Source: Gammaproteobacteria bacterium (lineage in GTDB: Bacteria; Pseudomonadota; Gammaproteobacteria; Burkholderiales; SG8-39). From it: a stretch of DNA of 62,213 nucleotides. The position numbers and the translations under genes are program-made. Location of the stretch: assembly GCA_041499655.1 (NCBI GenBank), contig JBGQKQ010000002.1, positions 1 to 62,213 of the forward strand, in the 5' to 3' direction. Of this stretch, positions 20,436 to 29,862 are shown piece after piece (positions within the stretch are counted from its first letter, which is position 1; every line of letters starts with the position of its first letter). The notes beneath the pieces are model-generated. The model made no database searches. It was not told the DNA's origin and was given only the letters and a program-made list of their open reading frames with translations.

Positions 20436-21209
20436 ATGGACTGGCTCACCACATTGTCAGGATTCTGCGTCGGCTTGATCGTCGGCATCACCGGCGTGGG
20501 CGGCGGCTCACTGATGACACCGCTACTCGTACTGGTGTTTGGCGTCGCCCCGGTCACGGCGGTCGGCACGGACCTGGTGTTTGCATCGCTGACCAAGGCG
20601 GGCGGCGCGTGGGCCCACGCACGGCGCGGTAACGTCGACTGGAACGTCGTCGGTTGGCTCGCAGCGGGAAGCGTCCCGGCCTCGGCCATTACGCTGATGG
20701 CACTGCACCTGTTCGTTCCCCACCCCGACGAGCTCTCGGCGCTCGTGAGCGTTGCGCTCGGCATTGCGCTGATCCTTACCGCCGGCGCCCTCGTCTTCAG
20801 GGAAAGGCTCCATGCATGGGCGGCGCGGCGCGTTCCGGCGAGGGTCGATCGACGCCTCACTTCGCGGCGCACCTTGATCGTTGGTGCGATCCTCGGTGTG
20901 CTGGTCACCCTGTCCTCGGTCGGAGCGGGAGCACTCGGCGTGACGGCGCTCTTCTTCCTCTATCCGGGGCTCGCTGTCGCGCGCATCGTCGGCACCGACA
21001 TCGCGCACGCGGTGCCGCTCACGCTGGTTGCAGGCCTCGGCCACGCTGTCGCGGGAGCCGTCGACTGGAAGCTGCTCGTTGCGCTCCTCATCGGGTCGCT
21101 ACCCGGCATCTGGCTCGGCAGCTCGCTCGGCCAGAAAATCCCCGAACGCGTGCTGCGCACTGCTCTCGCCGTGATGCTCGCGCTGATCGGCGGCAAGCTC
21201 GCCCTGTAG
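20436..21209 (+). CDS. TauE/SafE family sulfite/anion exporter (DUF81)
   Basis: MDWLTTLSGFCVGLIVGITGVGGGSLMTPLL... Polytopic, with an internally repeated GxGGG motif. ATG 20436 chosen; in-frame GTG 20424 and the track start 20385 are alternatives. Confidence 0.75.
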   Translation: MDWLTTLSGFCVGLIVGITGVGGGSLMTPLLVLVFGVAPVTAVGTDLVFASLTKAGGAWAHARRGNVDWNVVGWLAAGSVPASAITLMALHLFVPHPDELSALVSVALGIALILTAGALVFRERLHAWAARRVPARVDRRLTSRRTLIVGAILGVLVTLSSVGAGALGVTALFFLYPGLAVARIVGTDIAHAVPLTLVAGLGHAVAGAVDWKLLVALLIGSLPGIWLGSSLGQKIPERVLRTALAVMLALIGGKLAL

Positions 21210-21218
21210 AAGACGACC

Positions 21219-22934
21219 ATGTATATCTACGACGAAATCGACCAGAAGCTCGTTGACGAGCGCGTCTCGCAGTTCCGGGATCAGACGCGGCGCTATCTCG
21301 CCGGGAAGCTGTCGGAAGACGAGTTCCGCGCCCTGCGCCTGCGCAACGGGCTCTATGTGCAGCGCTACGCGCCCATGCTCCGCATTGCGATCCCGTACGG
21401 GTTGCTGTCGACGCGGCAGCTGAGAAAGCTCGCCCACATCGCCCGCAGGTACGACCGCGGTTACGGCCATTTCAGCACGCGCCAGAATCTCCAGCTCAAT
21501 TGGCCCAAGCTGCCGCAGGTGCCCGACATCCTCGCGGAGCTTGCCACCGTGGAGATGCACGCGATCCAGACTTCGGGCAATTCCTTCCGCAATATCACCA
21601 CCGACCATTTCGCGGGCGTCGCGCGGGACGAGATCGTCGACTCTTTCGTGTGGTGCGAAATCATCCGTCAATGGTCGACGTTCCATCCCGAGTTCTCCTA
21701 CCTGCCGCGCAAGTTCAAGTTTGCGGTGAACGGCGCCAAATCGGACCGCGCCGCGGTCGCGGTGCACGACATCGGGCTTCACGCCGTGCTCAACGCCGGG
21801 GGCGAGGTCGGTTTCAAGGTGCTGGTCGGCGGAGGCCTCGGCCGCACCCCGGTGATCGGCTTCGTCATCCGCGAGTTCCTGCCCTGGCAGCACCTGCTCA
21901 GCTATTGCGAAGCGATACTCCGGGTGTACAACCGCTACGGGCGTCGCGACAATATCCACAAGGCGCGTATCAAGATCCTGGTCAAGGAGCGCGGCCCCGA
22001 CCGATTCCGCGAGGAAGTCGAGGCCGAATGGGCGTATCTCAAGGACGGCCCTTCGACTCTGATCCCCGAAGAAGTCGCGCGTATCGAGGCCCGGTTTACG
22101 CGGCCGGACTATCTGCCCCTGCCCGCCACGGACGCGAGGCTCGACGCCGTGCTCGCGTCCGACAAGGCGTTTGCCAACTGGCACAGGAGGAACGTCCACC
22201 CGCACAAGCGGCCCGGCTATGCCGCCGTCACGCTCTCGCTCAAGGAGACCGGCGTGCCTCCGGGAGACGTCACCGCGGAGCAGATGGAGAAAATTGCCGA
22301 TCTCGCCGATCGCTACTCGTTCGGCGAGCTGCGCGTCTCGCACGAGCAGAACCTGATCTTCGCGGACGTGCAGGTCGCGGATCTTTACGGGCTGTGGAAG
22401 GAAGTCCGGGCCCTTGGATTCGCCACCCCCAATGTCGGATTGCTCACCAACATCATCTGCTGCCCGGGCGGCGACTTCTGCTCGCTCGCGAACGCCAAGT
22501 CGATCCCGGTGGCGGAGGCCATCCAGCAGCGCTTCGACGATCTCGACTACCTGCACGACATCGGCGAGATCGACGTCAACATTTCCGGTTGCATGAACGC
22601 CTGCGGCCATCACCACGTCGGGCACATCGGCATTCTCGGCGTCGACAAGAACGGCGAGGAGTGGTACCAGATCGAAGTCGGCGGCAACCAGGGCGAAATC
22701 CGGCCCGGTGTCGGCGCTTCGCTCGGCAAGGTTATCGGCCCGTCGTTCGCGCGCGCCGAGATCCCCGACGTCATCGAGAAGCTCATCGAGTGCTATCTCT
22801 CGCGCCGCGACAGCGATGCGGAGCGCTTCATCGACGTGGTGCGCCGCGTCGGAGTCGAACCCTTCAAGGAATCCGTCTATGGCAACGCTGATCAAAGAGC
22901 AGCGCATCGTCGCGGACAGCTGGCGCCTGCTTAG
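21219..22934 (+). CDS. cysI: Sulfite reductase hemoprotein (nitrite/sulfite reductase 4Fe-4S/siroheme family)
   Basis: 571 aa. HFSTRQNLQLNW, NITTD, the CPGGDFCSLANA...CMNACGHHHVGHIGI cluster-binding cysteines, and the cys operon context. Confidence 0.85.
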   Translation: MYIYDEIDQKLVDERVSQFRDQTRRYLAGKLSEDEFRALRLRNGLYVQRYAPMLRIAIPYGLLSTRQLRKLAHIARRYDRGYGHFSTRQNLQLNWPKLPQVPDILAELATVEMHAIQTSGNSFRNITTDHFAGVARDEIVDSFVWCEIIRQWSTFHPEFSYLPRKFKFAVNGAKSDRAAVAVHDIGLHAVLNAGGEVGFKVLVGGGLGRTPVIGFVIREFLPWQHLLSYCEAILRVYNRYGRRDNIHKARIKILVKERGPDRFREEVEAEWAYLKDGPSTLIPEEVARIEARFTRPDYLPLPATDARLDAVLASDKAFANWHRRNVHPHKRPGYAAVTLSLKETGVPPGDVTAEQMEKIADLADRYSFGELRVSHEQNLIFADVQVADLYGLWKEVRALGFATPNVGLLTNIICCPGGDFCSLANAKSIPVAEAIQQRFDDLDYLHDIGEIDVNISGCMNACGHHHVGHIGILGVDKNGEEWYQIEVGGNQGEIRPGVGASLGKVIGPSFARAEIPDVIEKLIECYLSRRDSDAERFIDVVRRVGVEPFKESVYGNADQRAAHRRGQLAPA

Positions 22935-23397
22935 CCGCGGGCCCTCAGGCGAGACGCCCGAGGTGCCGGCCCAGGGCGACGTCATCGTCCCGCTCCCGCT
23001 TTGGCTGGCGCACCGCGAGGCGTTTCTGGCCTATCCCGGCAAGCTCGGCGTGTGGCTCGATGCGAACGAGGGGCCCGACGCGATCGCGGGGGACCTGCAG
23101 CGCTTTGCCCTTATCGCGGTGAACTTTCCCAAGTTCGGCGACGGCCGCGGTTATTCGATCGCGCGGCTCCTGCGTGAACGCTATGGCTACAAGGGCGAAC
23201 TGCGCGCGATCGGCGACGTGCTGCACGACCATCTGCACTTCATGAAGCAGTGCGGATTCGATGCATTCGTTCTGCGTGAAGACCAGGACGCGCGGGAAGC
23301 CCTTTCGGCGCTCGACACCTTCAGCGAGGGATACCAGACCTCGGTGCTCCGGCCGGTCCCTCTGTTCAGGCGCCGCCTCGCCACGGGAAAACCATGA
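22879..23397 (+). CDS. DUF934 family protein (sulfite-reduction associated)
   Basis: MATLIKEQRIV...FPKFGDGRGYSIARLLRERYGYKGELRAIGDVL. ATG 22879 is in frame with track ORF 22708..23397. It overlaps the cysI 3' end, as is typical for this pair. Confidence 0.8.
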   Translation: MATLIKEQRIVADSWRLLSRGPSGETPEVPAQGDVIVPLPLWLAHREAFLAYPGKLGVWLDANEGPDAIAGDLQRFALIAVNFPKFGDGRGYSIARLLRERYGYKGELRAIGDVLHDHLHFMKQCGFDAFVLREDQDAREALSALDTFSEGYQTSVLRPVPLFRRRLATGKP

Positions 23398-24113
23398 ACG
23401 GATCGCTGGCAAAGAAGACCGCCGACCTCGAACGGCTGCTGCGGCGGGTTGCGCTCGAGCACGCGCCGGTGGCGCTCGCCTCGAGCCTGTCAGCGGAAGA
23501 CATGGTGATTACCGACGCGATATTGCGGCACAGGCTCGACATCGGGATCTTCACGCTGGACACGGGGAGGCTGCACGCGGACACGCTCAACGTGATCGCC
23601 GCGATCCGTGAACGTTACGGCTGCGAAGTGCAGGTCTTCCAGCCCGACCCTGCTTCGGTTGCGGAGTATGTCGCGAGTTTCGGGCGCGACGCATTCTATG
23701 AGAGCGTCGATTTGCGCAAGCGCTGCTGCCACATCCGCAAGGTCGAGCCCCTGGAGCGCGCGCTCGCGGGGAAGGCAGCCTGGATCACGGGTCAGCGCCG
23801 CGACCAGGCCGCGACGCGAGCCGAAATGAAAATACAGGAACATGACGCTGCCCGCGGCATCGTGAAGTTCAATCCGCTCGCCGACTGGAGCGAGAACGAC
23901 GTCTGGGAATCCATCCGCGATCGGAACATCCCCTACAACACGCTTCACGACCAGGGTTACCGCTCCATCGGCTGTGCGCCCTGCACGCGCCCGACGGTCG
24001 CCGGCGAGGACGTGCGCGCCGGGCGCTGGTGGTGGGAGCTGAACGAGGTCCGCGAATGCGGGCTGCACCTGACGCCGGACGGGCGCCTGGCGCGTGCCAA
24101 GGAACCCGCATGA
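23394..24113 (+). CDS. cysH: Adenylyl-sulfate (APS)/PAPS reductase, thioredoxin-dependent, Fe-S type
   Basis: 239 aa. Carries the CC...CxxC cluster ligands (LRKRCCHIRK ... GCAPCTRP) and a C-terminal ECGLH. ATGA overlap with the DUF934 stop. Confidence 0.9.
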   Translation: MNGSLAKKTADLERLLRRVALEHAPVALASSLSAEDMVITDAILRHRLDIGIFTLDTGRLHADTLNVIAAIRERYGCEVQVFQPDPASVAEYVASFGRDAFYESVDLRKRCCHIRKVEPLERALAGKAAWITGQRRDQAATRAEMKIQEHDAARGIVKFNPLADWSENDVWESIRDRNIPYNTLHDQGYRSIGCAPCTRPTVAGEDVRAGRWWWELNEVRECGLHLTPDGRLARAKEPA

Positions 24114-25051
24114 GCGCCGTGCTCGAAAAGACCGGTTCGGAGGCGATCGGCCAGTCCTCCCGCCGTCACCTGGACTGGCTCGAGTCGGAGGCGATCTTCA
24201 TCCTGCGCGAGGTCGCGGGCGAGTGCGCCAACCCCGTGCTGTTTTTCTCGGGCGGCAAGGACTCGGTCGTGCTGCTCCGTCTCGCGGAGAAAGCCTTCCG
24301 CCCGGCGCGGTTCCCGTTTCCCCTGCTCCACATCGACACCGGCCACAATTTCTCCGAGGTGATTGCCTTCCGCGATGCGCGCGCTGCGGAACTGGGAGAG
24401 CGTCTTCTCGTGCGCTCGGTCGAAGACTCGATGCACCGCGGCACGGTCAAGCTGCGCCGGCCCGAGGACAGCCGCAATGCCGCGCAGTCGGTGACCCTGC
24501 TCGAGGCGCTCGCCGAGTTCTCGTTCGACGCCGCCATTGGAGGGGCACGGCGCGACGAGGAAAAGGCTCGCGCGAAAGAGCGCGTGTTTTCGTTTCGCGA
24601 CGAGTTCGGCCAGTGGGATCCGAAGAACCAGCGCCCCGAGCTGTGGAGCCTCTACAACACCCGCGTGGCGAAAGGTGAGCACATGCGCGTGTTTCCCATC
24701 AGCAACTGGACCGAGCTCGACGTCTGGCAGTACATCGAGCGGGAGCGGCTCGCGGTGCCCTCGATCTACTACGCACACCGCAGGAGCGTGGTGCGCCGGA
24801 ACGGGCTGCTCGTACCGGTGACCGAGATCACGCCGCCGCGCGAAGGGGAGATGGCAGAGGAGCTTTCGGTGCGTTTCCGTACGGTAGGCGACATCAGCTG
24901 CACCTGCCCGGTCGAATCGCTGGCCCGCACGCCGGCCGAAATCGTCTCCGAGACCGCGATGACCACGGTCACCGAGCGCGGCGCGACGCGCATGGACGAC
25001 CAGACCTCCGAGGCCTCGATGGAACGGCGCAAGAAGGAAGGATATTTCTGA
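24110..25051 (+). CDS. cysD: Sulfate adenylyltransferase subunit 2
   Basis: LDWLESEAIFILREVA...FFSGGKDSVVLL...WNLY-type motifs. ATG 24110 forms ATGA with the cysH stop. The track start at 24029 is over-extended. Confidence 0.93.
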   Translation: MSAVLEKTGSEAIGQSSRRHLDWLESEAIFILREVAGECANPVLFFSGGKDSVVLLRLAEKAFRPARFPFPLLHIDTGHNFSEVIAFRDARAAELGERLLVRSVEDSMHRGTVKLRRPEDSRNAAQSVTLLEALAEFSFDAAIGGARRDEEKARAKERVFSFRDEFGQWDPKNQRPELWSLYNTRVAKGEHMRVFPISNWTELDVWQYIERERLAVPSIYYAHRRSVVRRNGLLVPVTEITPPREGEMAEELSVRFRTVGDISCTCPVESLARTPAEIVSETAMTTVTERGATRMDDQTSEASMERRKKEGYF

Positions 25052-25052
25052 A

Positions 25053-26348
25053 GTGACCCTCGCCGACGAAGTCGAGGTTACGGCGCAAGCCGCGGAGGAT
25101 CGGGGCGTGCTGCGGTTCATCACCGCCGGCAGCGTCGACGACGGCAAGAGCACGCTGATCGGGCGGCTCCTGCACGACACGCGCGCCGTCTTCGAGGACC
25201 AGCTTGCCGCGCTGACGCGCGCTTCGCAAAAACGCGGCCAGGACGACCTCGATCTGTCGCTCCTCACCGACGGACTGGAAGCCGAGCGCGAGCAGGGCAT
25301 CACCATCGACGTCGCCTACCGCTACTTCGCCACGCCCCGGCGCAAGTTCATCATCGCCGACACCCCGGGCCACGAGCAATACACACGCAACATGGTCACG
25401 GCCGCCTCCACCGCCGCCGCGGCGGTGATCCTGATCGACGCCCGCAAGGGGGTACTCCCGCAGACGCGCCGCCACACCTATATCGCCCACCTGCTGGGCG
25501 TACGCCACATCATCGTGGCAGTGAACAAGATGGACCTCGTCGGGTTCGAAGAGGCGGTCTTCGAGCAAATCCGGAACGACTACCTCGCGTTCGTCTCGGC
25601 GCTCGAGATCGCCGACCTGTGCTTCATACCGATTTCGGCGCTGCGCGGGGATCTCGTCGTCGAGCGCGGCCCCAACATGAAATGGTATCGGGGGCCCGAG
25701 CTGCTGTCGGCGCTCGAAGAGATCGACGCCGTGGACGAGGCCGGTGCGCTGCCCTTGCGTTTTCCGGTGCAGCTTGTCGTGCGCCCCGGCGCGGGATCGG
25801 ACTTCCGGGGTTATGCCGGCCGGGTCGAGTCGGGAGTCCTCTTCCGCGGGGCGGAGGTGCTGGCGATGCCTTCGGGGCGCCGCACCGCCATAAAGAACAT
25901 CGTCTCCCTCGGCAGATCGCTGCCCGTCGCGGTCGCGGGTGCCTCGGTCAGCGTGGTCCTCGCCGACGACATCGACATCTCCCGCGGGGACATGCTCGCC
26001 GACCCGGACCTTGCGCCGCGAGGGGCGAAGGCGATCGAGGCGCGCATCTGCTGGCTCTCCTCCCAGCCGCTTGACGCGCGCGCGCTCCCCGCCGCGCGAT
26101 TCGTGCTCAAGCACACCACCCGCAGCGTGCCGGCAAGACTCATTTCCCTCAACTCGCGTGTCGATATCAATACGCTCGAGGAACGTGCCGTGCCCGCGGG
26201 CCTCGTGATGAACGATATCGCTCACGTGGCCCTCGCGCTCGCCCAGCCGATCTTCGTCGACTCATACCGGAGCAATCGCGTGACCGGCTCCTTTATACTT
26301 GTCGACGAGGTCAGCAACCAGACTCTGGCGGCGGGAATGATCGAATGA
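25053..26348 (+). CDS. cysN: Sulfate adenylyltransferase subunit 1 (GTPase), no fused APS-kinase domain
   Basis: 431 aa. LRFITAGSVDDGKSTLIGRLL, DTPGHEQYTRNM, NKMDLV. GTG 25053 lies 1 nt after the cysD stop. The length leaves no room for a CysC domain. Confidence 0.93.
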   Translation: MTLADEVEVTAQAAEDRGVLRFITAGSVDDGKSTLIGRLLHDTRAVFEDQLAALTRASQKRGQDDLDLSLLTDGLEAEREQGITIDVAYRYFATPRRKFIIADTPGHEQYTRNMVTAASTAAAAVILIDARKGVLPQTRRHTYIAHLLGVRHIIVAVNKMDLVGFEEAVFEQIRNDYLAFVSALEIADLCFIPISALRGDLVVERGPNMKWYRGPELLSALEEIDAVDEAGALPLRFPVQLVVRPGAGSDFRGYAGRVESGVLFRGAEVLAMPSGRRTAIKNIVSLGRSLPVAVAGASVSVVLADDIDISRGDMLADPDLAPRGAKAIEARICWLSSQPLDARALPAARFVLKHTTRSVPARLISLNSRVDINTLEERAVPAGLVMNDIAHVALALAQPIFVDSYRSNRVTGSFILVDEVSNQTLAAGMIE

Positions 26349-27106
26349 CGGGACGCGTTTATCTGATCGGAGCCGGTCCTGGCGCTCCGGATCTTCTGAC
26401 GCTGCGCGCCGCGGACATCCTGCGGCGCGCAGACGTCGTCTTCCATGACTCGCTCGTCCATCCCGAAACGCTCGCCTTGGCCGTCCGCGCGGAGAAGACT
26501 GCGGTCGGCAAGCGCTCGGGCCGGCGGTCGACCGCGCAGCAGTTCATCAACAAGCGCCTGGTCGACGCGGCGCGCAGGCACGCGGTGGTGGTGCGCCTCA
26601 AGGGCGGCGATCCCATGCTTTTCGGCCGCGCTCAGGAAGAGATCCACGCCCTGCGACGCGCCGGCGTCGAATTCGAGATCGTCCCCGGCGTGACCGCGGC
26701 GACTGCCGCGGCCGCCGAGCTCGGTGTCTCGCTCACGCGGAGGGGCGTGAGCCGTCACGTCGTCTTCGTCACGCCCCGGGCCGCGGAAGGCGAGCGCGAA
26801 AACGACTGGGCGGCAAGCGTTCTTGCCGCCGACACCGCCGCGATCTACATGGGCGCGGGGCTCGCCGAGGAGATCAGCGCGACATTGGTCAGGCGTGGCA
26901 AGCCGCGAACCACGCCGATCGCGCTGGTGGAAAGCGCCACCCTTCCCACGCGGCGCGTGTTCCACGGAACCCTGGCGGAATTGGCGGAGCTTGCGCGAAA
27001 AGCCGGCGACGGACCTGCGGTGGTACTTCTCGGAGAAGTGCTGAGGGCGGCGCTTGCCGAGCCGGTCCTCACCGAAAAGATCGAAGCGATCCTCAAGCGC
27101 GCTTGA
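26345..27106 (+). CDS. cobA: Uroporphyrinogen-III C-methyltransferase (siroheme branch)
   Basis: 253 aa. VYLIGAGPGAPDLLTLRAADILRRADVVFHD...RLKGGDPMLFGR. ATGA overlap with the cysN stop. Confidence 0.88.
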   Translation: MTGRVYLIGAGPGAPDLLTLRAADILRRADVVFHDSLVHPETLALAVRAEKTAVGKRSGRRSTAQQFINKRLVDAARRHAVVVRLKGGDPMLFGRAQEEIHALRRAGVEFEIVPGVTAATAAAAELGVSLTRRGVSRHVVFVTPRAAEGERENDWAASVLAADTAAIYMGAGLAEEISATLVRRGKPRTTPIALVESATLPTRRVFHGTLAELAELARKAGDGPAVVLLGEVLRAALAEPVLTEKIEAILKRA

Positions 27107-27159
27107 ATAAGATCGGCCTCATCGGGAACCCGTCAACACTTGGCGAGTCAGACCGGTTC

Positions 27160-27390
27160 ATGAACCGACGACCCATCCCCGACACCGTATGGCGCTCGCC
27201 CTCCGGCGAAGTCGTGGCCTGCGTAGAAAAATTGAAGGTGCTGAAGGAAAATCTCGAAGAGATCCAGCAGCTCTGCCAGGACGCGCTCGAGGATGCGGTG
27301 CTGATGGAATGCGATGAGCGCCAGTTCAAGCAGGTGCTCGTGAATCTGGTGCAGCAGCTGGAACACCCCTACGGCGACAAGGCCCGCTGA
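27160..27390 (+). CDS. Hypothetical small protein (76 aa from ATG 27160; 95 aa if TTG 27103 is used)
   Basis: High GC3 codon pattern, acidic helical sequence KENLEEIQQLCQDALEDAVLMECDERQF. No family recognised. Confidence 0.45.
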   Translation: MNRRPIPDTVWRSPSGEVVACVEKLKVLKENLEEIQQLCQDALEDAVLMECDERQFKQVLVNLVQQLEHPYGDKAR

Positions 27391-27888
27391 TCAGTCGCGC
27401 AGCGCGAGAAAGATGCCCCATACCGCGAACGCGAGGAACGCCGCGAGCGTCCATTCCGGGATGCTGAAGGAGAGCAGCGTCCAGTCGACCTTGCCGCACT
27501 CTCCCGATCCGCGCAGGATGCGCCCGAGCGACTTGACCGGCCCGAACGTCGACAGCATGAAATCGAGACTCGGCCCGCAGGCCGGCCGCTGATCCTCGGG
27601 AAGATGCTGGATCCAGGTGTGCCGCGCCGAGATGGCGGCGCCCGTTACGGCGCACAGCGCAATCGCGCCCGCGTAGATCCCGGCCCCCGCACCGCGAGCT
27701 GGGTGATGGACGGCGGCAAGAAGAAAGGCGATGCCAGTGGCAAGGAGCATGATGCGCTGGAGGATGCACAGCGGGCAGGGCTCGAGACCGACGGCGAACT
27801 GAAGGTAGTAGCCGAACGCGAGCATCCCCGCGCAGGCGAAAAACCCGGCGAGGTTGCCTGTCCTTCTTGAGTAGAGTGGCTTGAGCAT
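27391..27888 (-). CDS. dsbB: Disulfide bond formation protein B
   Basis: 165 aa, four TM segments. First-loop CPLC and a second Cys pair (PACGPS...SGECGK). Confidence 0.85.
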   Translation of the reverse strand: MLKPLYSRRTGNLAGFFACAGMLAFGYYLQFAVGLEPCPLCILQRIMLLATGIAFLLAAVHHPARGAGAGIYAGAIALCAVTGAAISARHTWIQHLPEDQRPACGPSLDFMLSTFGPVKSLGRILRGSGECGKVDWTLLSFSIPEWTLAAFLAFAVWGIFLALRD

Positions 27889-27973
27889 TGGGCGAGAGCC
27901 TGGGGAGCTATCTTAGACCGGAGCGCCTTCGTGAGGTTCGGCCGGTCCCAAGCCCGCCTTCCCTCCCATTAGA

Positions 27974-28642
27974 ATGGTTCAGGAGGACGTGAGTGTGAGA
28001 CCACGCTTTGCCCGCCGCGAGGATTTGGGACTCAGCAAGGCCGAGTTTGCCGTGCTGGAGCGCCTCAACACGCCCCCAAAAATCCAGGATTTTCTGGACC
28101 GGATACCCGCCAATTTCGAGGTCGATGGCCAGACCTGCCTCTCGGTGCGCGAGGTACTGCAACAGCGTCGCGCGCATTGCATCGAAGGCGCGATGCTCGC
28201 TGCCTGCGCCCTGTGGGTTCACGGCGAGCCGCCGCTGCTACTCGACCTCCGCGCCGAGCGCGACTACGACCATGTCGTCGCGCTGTTCCGCCGCGGCCGC
28301 TGCTGGGGCGCCATTTCGAAAACCAACCCGGCGCTCTTGCGCTGGCGCGACCCCGTGTACCGCAGCCTGCGCGAGCTTGCGATGTCCTATTTGCACGAGT
28401 ACGCGAACAAGCGCAACCAGAAGACCCTGCGGAGCTACGCCGGCCCGTTCGATCTGCGGCGTTTCGACCCCGCGCTCTGGGTCACCAGCGAGAAGAACTG
28501 CTGGGAGATCGGAGCGACGCTCGATGACATGCGGCACCGTCCGCTTCTCACCAGGAGGCAGGCGCGCGGCCTGCGCCTGCGCGACGCCGTGGAGCGCAAG
28601 GCCGGGGCCCTGATCGAGCACCGCCCGCCGCGCAGGAGATAG
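27974..28642 (+). CDS. Conserved hypothetical protein with a papain-like Cys/His arrangement
   Basis: 222 aa. RRAHCIEGAMLAACAL ... DYDHVVALF. An alternative GTG 27995 lies 8 nt after AGGAGG (27981-27986). Confidence 0.6.
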   Translation: MVQEDVSVRPRFARREDLGLSKAEFAVLERLNTPPKIQDFLDRIPANFEVDGQTCLSVREVLQQRRAHCIEGAMLAACALWVHGEPPLLLDLRAERDYDHVVALFRRGRCWGAISKTNPALLRWRDPVYRSLRELAMSYLHEYANKRNQKTLRSYAGPFDLRRFDPALWVTSEKNCWEIGATLDDMRHRPLLTRRQARGLRLRDAVERKAGALIEHRPPRRR

Positions 28643-28644
28643 CC

Positions 28645-29847
28645 TCAGGCGATGTTCCCGGCCTTCCGAGCGCTCTCCATGAGCGAGGTGCGCATGAGGA
28701 ACTGCTTGTGGAGCTGCGGATCCGCGGCGGCGCGCCGCAGCTCGTCGAAATTCGCCTTTCTCACCTTCGGGTCGCGTTCCTCCAGCCGCTTCTTGTTCGC
28801 GACCGTCTGCTGTTGCACGTACTCGATATTGAGCGGACGCCGGCGGCGCTCGTAGCGGTCGAGCAGTTCCGCGCCCGACCGGCCGCTCACGACACGGTGC
28901 AGGGTGTCCGCGAGCTCCACCGCGTCGTGGATGCCGCAGTTAAGGCCCAGCCCCCCCACGGGATTGTTGACATGCGCGGCGTCGCCGGCGAGGAACACCC
29001 GGCCTCTGCGGAACGCCTTTGCCACGCGCTGGTGCACCCGATAGATGTTGCGGTGTACGAGCATGTCCATCGGATGATCTTTGCACAGCTTGTGCATCCT
29101 CCGCCGCACCACGGTCTCGGAGAAAGCTTCCTCATCGGTTTCGCTCTCCTTCGCGGGGAATACGGCGCGCCACCTCCCCTTCAGATCGTCGCCCATGACC
29201 TTGAACAGATTGGTCCACTCCTCCGGGTCTGAAATATAACTGCGCTCGCGGCATCCCAATGCCGACTGGAAATCGAACAAACTCGTGAGCACCAGGAAAC
29301 GCTCCGGCCAGGTATAGCCTTCAAATTCGACGTCGAGGCATTTGCGCACGCTGCTGCGTCCGCCGTCGCAACCGACGACGTAGTCGAATGTGTGGAGTTC
29401 CCCACCGCCCGGCGTCGCCGCCGTCACGCGGACTTGGTCTGTGTCTTGCACCACGTCGATGACGTTTGCTCCGAGCTGGACCTCCACGTTCGACATGGCA
29501 GAGAGCCGACGCAGACCGATCTCGGAGAGCTTGTGCTGCTCGGTCTGCACCACGTAGGGGTACGGTGTCTCGTCGCGCAACGTCGCGTGGTCGAATTCGG
29601 CGACGAGAGTCTTGCCGTCCCAGAATTGAAAATAGCGGGCGACCAGGCCCACCGATTCGAACTCCTCGAGGAGCCCGAGCCCGGCAAGCATCTCGAGCGT
29701 AGAGGGATGGGTGGTCGCCGCCCTGGGACTGTGGTCGATTTCGCGCCCGGCCTCGAAGAGCACAACCCGCATGCCCCGCCTCGCGCAGGCGAGCGCCGCG
29801 ACGACCCCTACCGGACCCGCGCCGACGATGCCGACCCGCGCCTCCAC
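28645..29847 (-). CDS. FAD-dependent monooxygenase (UbiH/PHBH-like class A flavoprotein)
   Basis: 400 aa. VGIVGAGPVGVVAALACARRGMRVVLFE (GxGxxG) and FLAGDAAHVNNPVGGLGLNCGIHD. Confidence 0.8.
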   Translation of the reverse strand: MEARVGIVGAGPVGVVAALACARRGMRVVLFEAGREIDHSPRAATTHPSTLEMLAGLGLLEEFESVGLVARYFQFWDGKTLVAEFDHATLRDETPYPYVVQTEQHKLSEIGLRRLSAMSNVEVQLGANVIDVVQDTDQVRVTAATPGGGELHTFDYVVGCDGGRSSVRKCLDVEFEGYTWPERFLVLTSLFDFQSALGCRERSYISDPEEWTNLFKVMGDDLKGRWRAVFPAKESETDEEAFSETVVRRRMHKLCKDHPMDMLVHRNIYRVHQRVAKAFRRGRVFLAGDAAHVNNPVGGLGLNCGIHDAVELADTLHRVVSGRSGAELLDRYERRRRPLNIEYVQQQTVANKKRLEERDPKVRKANFDELRRAAADPQLHKQFLMRTSLMESARKAGNIA

Positions 29848-29862
29848 CGGAGCGCGGAAAGG

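Noticed and set aside
21099-22985. 628-aa minus-strand ORF
   Set aside because: It is antisense to cysI and the DUF934 gene, with shadow-frame composition and no motifs.
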